DNA from: Antedon mediterranea
Lineage: Eukaryota > Animalia > Echinodermata
Length of the DNA stretch: 64,000 nt
NCBI RefSeq assembly: GCF_964355755.1
Contig: NC_092679.1
Location: forward strand, 14,739,432-14,803,431
Reading direction: 5' to 3'
This document shows positions 37,344-49,300 of the stretch, piece after piece; the stretch's first letter is position 1, and every line of letters begins with the position of its first letter. The position numbers and the translations under genes are program-made. The notes below the pieces were generated by a model, which saw only the letters and a list, made by a program, of their open reading frames with translations, was not told where the DNA came from and ran no database searches.

Positions 37344-40300
37344 CTATAAAAAAAAAAAAATATGAATTATTACTAGATGTGCAAGGTAACAAAGTAGAAA
37401 AAGAAAATGGCTAAAATCCACCATTTGTTTTTTTTCTTTCAACAAATGGCCAAAAGAAAAACCTCAATACTGAGATAAATCTAAGATTTTAACCTATGAC
37501 CAATACAGTGCTACTAATACTACTAATCATACCTTCTTAAATCTTCTTCATTTGTAAATGTTTTATTTTGACATCTAATAACACAACGAGGAAGCCAATG
37601 GGTAAATAAACAAGTCTGGGGCTTTAGGTAGTGACACTGGTTGTGGCCATAGGTAAAACCTCAAAAGTTAGGTCAATCTAAGATTTTAACTCTTGACCCC
37701 TATCATATAGTGCTACTATCATTTTCATTCCTAAACCTTTTTTCATTTGTTCCCATTTTCCATAGATAGACTACTACTAATAAGATTTAAATGAAACCTA
37801 CGTTGGTCGTTCTGCAGATGATAAAGAAACTGGTGCAATTCCACTGATGTCATCTAGATCATCGTTGTCAGCTCCAGGAACACCAAATAGTGCAATTGGT
37901 GTACTAGACAAGATGCCTTCAGTATCGGATGGGATGCCTTCGATGGAATCAATGCCATCAGGAATGTACGAAGATGTTGATCCACTTCGACTCAAGTGAG
38001 GTGACTGCAACAATAAAGATATTCAACCAAATCAATGTTTTTGTTTGTATTTTAAAGACATACAGTGTAGAAATAGAATGAAATATTCATCAAAAATCCA
38101 ATGATAACAGTACTGATGTACAGTTTACATAAATAAAGTTTTGAAATGGTCAGGAAACCAGGAAGGTTAAGGTTTTATGTATACAAACCAGATTAATTTA
38201 AATTATTTTTCTTTATAAGACAAAATAAAAAGAGAATGAAAGAACTATTTACAACAACAAAAGAAAAGTAATTTTTAGAGATATGTTTAGTAAATTTATT
38301 TACCGATTTTATTGTTTATATTTATATATACGGTATATATTGTTTCAACAACATGATGCACCACAACAAGTACGGCCAATTACAACAATTATCCTTGACA
38401 GTCTAGAAGGATGTCACCTCATTTATATTTCCAATTTGTCTATATTTTTGAGCCATTAGGATTAGAACAGGTTATCCCTCATGACAAAGAAAAGAAAGTT
38501 GGAAACACCTACCTGATTGATATCAAAGTCTGTAGGGTCAATGACCGTCTCCAAAAGTTCCAAGTTGTCGTGGCATGTTTTACGCAGCTGGTTGAGACTT
38601 GTGGTGATCACTTGAAGCTTCTCTCTGGTGTCTTGACATTCTTGTGAGTCAACGTCCACTAGTAACTGGTCAGCAGTTTCCTTGAGTGTCATCACTCGCG
38701 GGTGGGTGTCATCTAGCTCTTGCTTTAATTTCTAAACCAAATGAAAGATTTTCTTTAGTCATAATTGTAAAGTTACAGATCTAGTTAGTGGGTATACAGA
38801 TCTAAATGAAATATACAAAACATAATTCCTTAAGAGATTTGGTGGTTTTTTTGTTATAAATATTGGTTGGCAAACCCTGGGTTCTCTTGCCCTTTGCCCT
38901 CATTTCCAATCAATCCTTTTTAAAAGATTTGTTCTATAGATCAATTTTTGTTTGTTCTATGAATGAATTGGAATGGATTAGGAACAATTTAGTGAGACTT
39001 TTGGACTATATACTCTCTGTGATAATAATATCTCATAACAAAGGGAGACATAGTAAAACAAAGCAATCTAAAGGAAAACAGGAAGTGAATCAATTAATAA
39101 AGTTAAAGAGCACCTGAAGCAGAGATTATTAAGAAAGAATTTTGGATGAACAGTATAATTTTGGGAAAATAATGTTTAAACTGTACATACTAAGAAAACC
39201 CTATACTGTTTTTGCAAGACCAGAACATTAGCCATCAGATCAACAGGTTCATTCTCCAGCTCATACTCCTCACACTGTCGCAACCACACCAACAGATCAT
39301 CGGTTGTCTGGTGGAACTCTTCACACTGAGTCACTGCCAACTGCAGCTCCTTCTGCCAATCTGCAGCATAACTGCACATTCTCTTCCATCGACGGTTCAT
39401 CAGTGATACATCTTCTTCCAGCTGGTTGGCTTCTGGACTGTTGGATTGCGTGAACTGTTGGCTGCAGAGGTTGATGGACATTGCGATTGCTTTCCGTGAG
39501 TTCAAACCAAGAAGAAATTCCTATTTAACAGAAAATTAATTAATTACAATATATTATTTACATTTAGCCGTTTATACAGTATGTATTCATAAGAATGAGC
39601 CCACTCTTTAAACTAAGCCACCTTATGAGTTTTGCTCAGGAAATGCGTGCTTGTTGAGATTGAACCAAAGACTTTAGTAATGGTAAGCAAGCAAGTTAAT
39701 CACCAGCAGAGAGTTCCATTATATAATGAACTTTGTTGATCCTGACAATTTTATTTGTAATGAAATAAATAGAAAGGCAAAGAAATAGGTCTTAGATTTC
39801 TCAGTATGGTAATTACTTTACTATTATGAGTGCCTTCAAAGTAATGGTTAATAATCATATCATTCAAGATACCAAACAATATCAAAAACAGTGCATAAGA
39901 CAATAAAGTTACATTTTTTTTTCACAATAAAAATTATAACAATAAATGCTTTCAAACAAAAATACACTGATAAAAACAATATGGATTTATGATTAGTAGT
40001 GATTTTTAGTCAATGTTTAGCGCAAAAATAAATTTAAAACAAAATAATCAACTACTGCAGAAAAAAATATTTTCTTTTTATAGGATATAAATATATAAAT
40101 AAATATTTAACTTATTATTTTTGTCAACTTTTTAAAAAAACATTAAAGAAATAAACATTTTGTTTTAGAACAAATTTGTATTTAGGATGAAATATCCAAA
40201 TAGAACGATACCCAGTACTTATAAGCAAAACAAACAAATCAACAAAACAAAACCACAAACAACCCAAATAAAAATCCTTTCTGGGAAAAATTAAAATCAT

Positions 40301-43300
40301 ACCGAACTATCATGATAATATCTTTCTTTTATACAATCAACAAGATTTGTGAATATCTGAAACGGGAATGTAGTTAAAAATAAAGGACATTTGGAAAACT
40401 ATTTGTGTTTGGATATTAAGAAATTTAAAGAAAAAAAAAACCATTTTTGTAAACCAATTTCTAATTGATATGCATTTCTAGAGTAGGTAACCAAGTTTCA
40501 TAGCTTTTTATTTTAATTTAGTTACAATTTTGAATAACCAGTAATAACTGTTTAAAACCAGTAATAACTAGTAATAACCAGTGAAAATCACTACTAACTA
40601 GTAAAAACCAGTACCCAAATAAAACCTTTGGCTACTGATTATGAGAACAGAAATAATGATAATTCAAGGGCTTGAAATGATGTAACTTTTTAGTGGTCAC
40701 AAACCGCAAAAATAAACTGTAGGTTTTTTAATTATAATAAAAGTTATCATTACAGATATCTAATATACAGTAGTAATTCTATGTGCTGTAAAACTAAAAC
40801 ACAAAATAGCGGATGTGTGTAATTTCATGCAATAATAATAAAGAATCATGAACAAAACTAACTATCTAAAACTAATATAACCATGAGACTATATATTTAT
40901 TTATAAATTCATACCCTATATTTCTTAATGGTATCTTCCAAATCCTCCACATCGCCTGATTGGCTGTGATTTGTGATGATCATTTCTGCTTCATCCAGCC
41001 AGGTGTTCAAGTTGTTGAGATCGTTCTTAAACTGCTGCCACTGTTGGTACACTTGTGTAAGGTAAGCCTCTTTGTCTAGCATCTTGGGTTGCATAGCATC
41101 CCATCTAGTGATGATTGCTGAAAATAAGTTGTAACTTATTAGTTTAGGATAACATATATTTCAGACTTAGTTACTCAATTGATATTAAAAATCAATGTAT
41201 AGCGTAAAAGCTATGAGCACTCACTGGCTAAACCCAGGGGCCTCAGAGCTTAAGGGGCCAGCGTTTAAAGGGTCCAGGGGATGAGCAGCCCAATACAACT
41301 ATCTAACGCTGGAGGCTGGATCTTATATTTAACAAAACGTGATACATTGTCTGGGTACTTACCTATAACTTGTTCATTGAGCTCAGGTTGATCTTGGATC
41401 CTGTTGCCACGACGTTTTACTGTTGCTAAACATACTTTACAATCTGCTACTAGTACATCCTGAAATATTATAATAATGAATATGTTGAAAAATATCCTTT
41501 CTTTGATGGAGGTTGTAATGTACCAAATAACAAAACATTTCTATCTTGACACTACTGTACAGATATAATTACTATAAAAAATGATAACGTTGTGGGTATC
41601 AGTGGCTGGATCTTAATGGAGTTACAAAATGATAACGTTGTGGGTATCAGTGGCTGGATCTTAATGGAGTTACAAAATGATAACATTGTGGGTATCAGTG
41701 GCTGGATCTTAATGGAGTTACAAAATGATAACGTTGTGGGTATCAGTGGCTGGATCTTAATGGAGTTACAAAATGATAACGTTGTGGGTATCAGTGGCTG
41801 GATCTTAATGGAGTTACAAAATGATAATGTTGTGGGTATCAGTGGCTGGATCTTAATGGAGTTACAAAATGATAACGTTGTGGATATCAGTGGCTGGATC
41901 TTAATGGAGTTACAAAATGATAACGTTGTGGGTATCAGTGGCTGGATCTTAATGGAGTTACAAAATGATAACGTTGTGGGTATCAGTGGCTGGATCTTAA
42001 TGGAGTTACAAAATGATAACGTTGTGGGTATCAGTGGCTGGATCTTAATGGAGTTACAAATCAAAATAATAAAAGTAAAACAACCAGAAAGAAATTTTGC
42101 AGAGCTTTTTGAGTAATTTTCTTAGAATTTCTACAAAACATTAGTTTGAAATAATGTCTTGAATTTACAAAATATTTTATTGCATGAACGACTTACAAAA
42201 TTTTCTTTTTCAGTTTCAATTTCTGGTCCAGATGGAATTGGTATCAATGATACTTCGTCCATCTCGTCCAGTTTATCAGTGCATTCTTTTAGTGCCCTCT
42301 TGAGTTGTGAAATATCTATGTCTTGTTGGCGAGCCTTCCATTTCTCCCCTCCCGGTTCCATACCCTCTAACTGCGATTGGTTGCACGTAACATACATATC
42401 CCAGTCCATTGAGGCCATGCTACCCGGAGTGTCACGACCGGATCGATGTTCCCGCGTGGGTGACCGTTTGTGAACAACCGACCTTTGTTCTGTAGTCGGT
42501 GAAATAATTTTATTGAGTTCTTTTTCTAAGCTACTTGCTCGACTTGAGCGCAAGGATGGTAAGGGTGATGTGCGTGCTGATAACATTTCCATGGAAGAGT
42601 CCCTATGACTGCTCCGGAGGGAGTGTGATATACTTCCTTGTGATGCATTGCTATTGTGACTTTGTCTATCTGGACTACTATCCCGTGATTCTCCTGTTTC
42701 ATACTCGGAAGATTCTGCGCCATCGTCATCAATCTGGAAAAATATGAGAATTGAGACATTAAATGATATGAATTTTGAAATTTGAAAATAAAACTCAAAA
42801 TAAAAGACACAGCTTCATTAGAATTAAATTTATTTCAAGCAAAAGCAAATAATTCTTTTCAAAAAAATAAAATCAGTATGTACACAAATAAATAAAATGA
42901 TATGATTACATATATTATTAATTTTAAATCCAATATTCATTATGAAATCATATACATTGTAAATAGTGGTTTCTCTGGTAAAACACAACATTGAAAATAG
43001 GTTTCTGAGGTGATTTTAATACTGTACAAGCAACTTTCTCAAAACTGGACATCATAGGAATGGAATGAACCAACCAAGTCCGGGTTTGTCAAGAAAATTT
43101 CTGGATTTTACTTAGATATCGGCATTTTTAAATGTAGGTGTATTTCTCTTATATATATATATTTAGTGAATAGTGAATACACACACACAGTAGAATTGAT
43201 AGCAGAAAGAAATTGGAAGCTTAAACAAATTCTGTTTTCTTTTTCTGGTTTTATGGGGTCTAGTTTTGGGAAAGTTGTATATTTATTGTAACATTTTTTT

Positions 43301-46300
43301 AATGTCTAATGGCAAGCAGATTTTCTCTACTAAACTTGAATTTACAAAATGGCATGTAGAGGATAGACAATATCACATTATCAATGATAAAAATGAGATA
43401 TCTGTGTAAGTAAAAGAAAAATTAAAATGTGCACAAATATTACAGTAAAAACAGTGACAACATCAATCAATGTGGAAAGCCTAAAATAGCCATTGGAATG
43501 AAAATATTGTTGACATTGTAACAACAAACGGTGGTTACTGCAGAAAAAAGGCAATGAAATTAAAAAATGAATTTGAAACACAACAAATTTAAAACATAAT
43601 TTATAGAAATATGATGATACGAAAAATGCATATAATTCAATTTTTTTGAAAATATATCAATAACAAAAACAATTTACAGGGAGATTATGGATGACAAAAA
43701 CTTGAATTATCAACACATATACTAAGGTTGAAGTCAGGTAACACAGCGGGGGAGGGATTGGAAATAGAAACTGGTAAGGTTTGGTACAGTAATTTGTGTG
43801 AGACCGAACAAGGGTGCAATAAAACTCTCAAAATACAGTACTGCAGAGGTTCATGCATTCTACATTAAAATCTATTTATAGTTGATTTTTTTTTAAATGG
43901 TGCAAAAGTGTTAAGGCTAGGTGTAAAGATAAAAAAGGTACTACAGTATTGTGGGACAGTACTATCGAGGGAATCCGTGATTAATCCGAGGGACTTATTT
44001 TATGGGCCCACGGTATAATGAACTAGGTACCCTGGATGGAATAAATTCAATGTCTTGTAGACATTAAGACGAAATATCTTTAAGGTTGTGTTCACACTCA
44101 AGAACCTACAACCTTAAAGATTGTTTTTGTCTCAGCATTTTCAACCATCTTAACTGAATATGAGTTTGTAATTGTTAAATATTATTTTAATATACTGTAT
44201 TAAGTATAAATGTAATGTTAACGGTGTAAAAGATAACATTTTATATCTTGGATATAATATTGTCATTAATATATGAATGAATACATATTTAATAGAAGCA
44301 TACAGTAATTGATACTGTACAAGTATAAATGTATTTTGTATAAAGATCCAAATTTGAACCACATACCACCAACAACAATACAAGACAAATTGAACAATGG
44401 GTAACATAAACAAAATGGTTTAAAAACATTTAATATTTGACAATCTTACCCGACCCCTAATTGGGAAGGTTAGGCTGCTAAACGTTAGCAGTTCACAATA
44501 TGTGCCCTTTGAAACCAAAATTAGAAACAATTATTGACATATTGGAAATAACATTATTACATGTAGTAATGTTTTGTATCATGGCTTGTGTCTTATACAG
44601 TAATTATTATTATGAAAATGAAGATAATATATTGGAATGTTAATAAAAGTGTTTCATTAGCTGTGAATATATTTCAATCTGAAATGTAAACAATGAAAGC
44701 AACTACAGTAGAACCTCTATTAAGGGGACAGCATTAGGAGTTGAAAAAAGTGTCGCTTAGTAGGGGTTGGCCATTAGTGGTAAAACATATATTTCTCCTC
44801 ATTCTTTTCACAAGAAATACCAGAATAGAGATGACCCTTGAATACGGATTTTCCCTGAAAAGGGTTGTCCCAAAATAAGAGTTCTACTGTATTTAAATAT
44901 TGGGAAAAGTATATTGAGTTATTGACAAAATGTGTTAGCATTGCACGCCATTCATTATCATATAGTTGAATGTAAAACCTAGAGACAAAGCGAAGAAAAA
45001 GCGAAGAGAAATCTTGTATCTTGTGATAAAAGCCATGGCAAACGTGATAGAAGAAACACAACGCAGAGGTAAATGAATAGTTGGTAGCCTGAAAAAGGCA
45101 TACTTATTTGGATAAACTGTTTTCATACTCTCAATAGAAAAACACCCCTACAATTAAAAGATCAACCCATACATGTCATAAGACATAATATCTATGCAAT
45201 TGGTGCATTTCTATAGAGATTGTATACAGTAGATTCCATTGCTCTCAGGGGTGTTTTTCTAATGAAATTCAATGGCATTAGTAAGTTTATCCAAGTAAGT
45301 ATGCTTAAGGCAGAATCTTGTTTTAAAAGATAGAAATAGTTGGTGAGTGATCTAAATAAGCGCACACCACGGCCTACCTCTGGCGAACAAAACGAATAGT
45401 TGAAAATGTGTTACATGCTATCAGGATTCAATGAGAAGCCAAGTCGTAGCCTGTCGGCCCGACCTGCTCGAGTCTGTAATAGGGGGGAATCATTGGGGTT
45501 AATATATGCAGCCACCACCAGCAAAACAAAAAAACTTGCATTAAACCCATTTACAAAAATGACATAAGCATCCCACAACCCATTTAATATCTAAAATAAC
45601 AAAATATAAAACATTTGAATTTAAACAATAATAAATACTAATATGTTAATGGGTCTATCAAATGATTACATTTCAGAAGGCTGTTTTCTAAAGCCATGGT
45701 TCCCACTTAGATGCAAATGTACAATGCAAGTACTGTAATTTGACCAATCACGATGTGATGGACCGATGTGATGGACCGATGTGATGGACCGATGTGATGG
45801 ACCGATGTGATGGACCGATGTGATGGACCATCCAAATTGTCCCTTGTGGTTGGTCAACTCACATGTGTTGAGCATACAGTATATCATTACATTATGTCAT
45901 AGTGGGAACCAAGCTTAAATTTTTAATATCTGTGTAATGTGTAATATTGGTTAAGTTAGCTTAGCTTGAGGCTATTTTTCTTTACTTTTTGCCTATTAAA
46001 GCAGATTAGAATTGTGTGGATAATAGAGATTGTTATCGGCAATTATTTCTCTTTTTATAGTTGAATTTAAATGCTACCAGCCAAGGCCGGGCATGTTTAA
46101 TATAGGCGATGCATTGTGTGTATTTGTGATGAATGAATTTCATAAGCCAATTAAGCAAATCCCAAGATATGAATTTTCTGTTTGGTGCCAAAATAAGAAA
46201 GAAGGCATGATTTGGGCATGAATGTAAAATTTAACGTTATGGTTTGTGTAAATTATAGTATGATACAATATTTTTTATTATTTGTTTTCCTAAAGCAAAG

Positions 46301-49300
46301 AAAAAGTTGATATGGTCTGTGCAACTAGTGAAGTATAATAACAAAAATAGCATTTTTGTATGTATAGTGATATAGCATATAATATGAATTACTGTATTTA
46401 AATAATAATTTAAATGAAAATGTTTTATATATTTTGTAACACAGCAAACCGATTATAGATATAATTTGTCTAGATTGTTGTTGTGAGCATGAAAATATTT
46501 AGAAAGTATTCTTGTAAATTTTGTAATAAATAAGTGCATGCATGATATTTGAGACATGAATCACAAAATCGTAAAAGTAACTACAAGACTTCTATAACCT
46601 CCAAAACTGTAAGAGAATTTTGCTAATAAAACTGGAATTAATTCCATTTTTTAAAGTGTTATATTTAATAGCGAGTTTGTATTGAAAATGTGGAAGTCAA
46701 AGTATTATGTAAATTAAACGATTTATCTTTACTTTTACAGTAGTTAATACATTTCCATTACTTTTATTGCTGGAAAACAACATAAATAAATATAGCAACA
46801 GGAAGAGATTGGTTAAAAATACAGTTGCGACCATAAATTAGAAATGTTGTTACTGTATCTTTTTTTTGTGTATGCATAATATGCTTAATTATTTTGGCTC
46901 AGTTTTATCAGCCAAATTTTCTGCTGTGCAGTTTTCGAGCAAGAATTAATTGGAAAGCAAATCTAACCCATAACTACAGCAGATAGATTTATAAAATGAT
47001 AAAATAAAAGTGATGCATCGTAAAATAAAAATACACACCTGTGCCATTGAAATCCTTTGAAGTTTGCGTTGAAATCTGTCAACGCGAGAAAATACTTCCT
47101 CGCAATATCGATGCAGTTCATCCAATGATTCCTGTATGATTACTGCGTCATTGGGGTCACAGCGCTGCATTAATAACTGAGCACTGGAGTTGATGTCATC
47201 TATTCTACATTGGTTTAAATCTATTTCATGTTGGAATGCCTACAAACAAGAAAAATTGAATACTTTATTAAAACTTTCTTATTAAAATTTTTTTTTTCAA
47301 TTTAAAAGAACTATACAGTATAAAGGTATAATTCAACTCTTTCTATTTAGAATGTATCTAGAGAAATTGAGGGGCGGTTTGAAAACGAAATGGTTAGTGG
47401 AAAAATAAGCAAAAAATACCATCAGGTATACACTGGAGATTTCTTTGGTGAGTGCTGTGTTGAATTTATTTATAGGCCTTAAAATTAAGATTATACTTTA
47501 AAGGTTGTTGTCCCTGTGTCACCCACTAATGTAACAGATACAGTCCCTGCCTCCAAAATTACATTCTTGTTCTATAAAACCGTTTATTATCATTTTCCAA
47601 ATAAAGTTTTTTTATTTTTGTTGTTGCAAAAATCGTTAATAATAAGATATCAAATGAAACATTTTATTTTATACATAATTTTTATATATAATTTATTATA
47701 GTGTTTCACATGATTTATTTTAAGCTTTTATGCAGTACATATGTATACACAATTCCTACTGTACCTTAATTTGTTTTACTTTAATTGACGTATCGGATTC
47801 AGAGAAATGCTCTACATTCGTTAACTGTAAATCAATCTCTGTTAACCAAACTAATACACCTTCTCTAGCACTTTCAAACTCTTCTCGTTCCGATTGCATG
47901 TATTTTAGTCGTCGTAATATACTGCTACAACGACGTGCTAGGCTGTCCCAACGATTGTTAGCCTCGTGTACCCTGGTTTTTAGTTGGTCAGTACTGTCTG
48001 TTCGGCCTTCACGGGCAAGGCGTCGATATTGCTTGTTTATTATTTCTAATTGGGCTAAGTTTTCGTGAATCTTTCTCTGGAATCCCTGTAAAAATAGTTA
48101 TATTATAATTGTTTAATTTTTACAGTAACAGTATTAACAGATTTGTAATGCATTAATTAAGAAAAATCTGCAATCATGTTAGTGTTTTGTCTACATTTGC
48201 AACAGCAATTTGAACAATAATTCATTTATTCAGTCATGGAGAACACCAGTACAATTAAGGAAAGTTCCAAAACTGCATGTTATCTTGTAATTTACACGGA
48301 ACTAACCTTCTCCCATAACCCTCTTTCAAATTTATTCAAATTCAAAGGCAGTATCCTCATAAAAATACCCACAAGTTCTCAAACCTGTCTTACTGGTACA
48401 GGTAGTATGCTTAGAACCATGATACACTTACCTCAAATTTCTTAATTTCATCTCTTACTACACAGAACTGTGTCGCAGCTGTATCTGGATACGATACAGC
48501 CTTCTCTGTTTTTAGAAGCCACTCTTCAAAACGTTTGTAATCCTCCATAAACTTCTGCCAAAGTCTCCACGTCTCTTCAATTCTGTAAGAAGTAAAAATA
48601 CCAAAGTGAAAACGAGAAAGCCCATAGTGGAGAAACATATATTGCCTCTTGTTCAATTCATAGAAAGTGTCCCCTTAATAGGACTGTCCTAAGTAGGGCT
48701 CTACTGTATTCTATAAAATATTACATGAATTGAAGTCAATTCATCCCAACTTTTCATCAACTGATCTGTGATAACAATCTTCACCTTATCAGGTATGTTA
48801 CTATACATTACCTCATTTTTTTCTCCATGGAAAGTGTACATATGTTGCGCCATCTTTGGTCTAGACTTCGTGTGGCCGCTTGAATGGCTTCACAGTCTGC
48901 ATCAGTGGAGCATGCATCACAATCATGTAGCAACATCTCACAGAGGTTTAAAACGGATCCAACACCAGTACTGTGCTTCTCAATGTCCTTTTGGATCTCC
49001 TGTGAATTTCAAAGAGGAAAGTTACTTTTAATTTGAAATACAGTATTCACTTAAAAAAATATAAACATTTAAATTACAGGAATAATTTGTTACTCTACCA
49101 ACAGTATATCATACTATTGTACAGTACTGTATTTAGGAATAAATTAAGACGGTTTGGGCCGGCCTAAGCTTTGAGCCATTGAAGAGTGTAAATACTCCAC
49201 AATGTTAGGCTGACTTTAGGCTGCTCTAGTTGTACCTGTATTCCATGTACAAAGTAAATATATATATATAATGTAAAGTAGTATTAACTATAACATCATA

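Noticed and set aside
41552-42116. 170-aa and 174-aa repeat ORFs on both strands
   Set aside because: 48-bp minisatellite in an intron; the flanking SYNE exons already join in phase without it.
44079-44119. Short inverted repeat tttaaggttgt..acaaccttaaa
   Set aside because: Possibly a collapsed TTAA-type MITE, but single and too short to classify.
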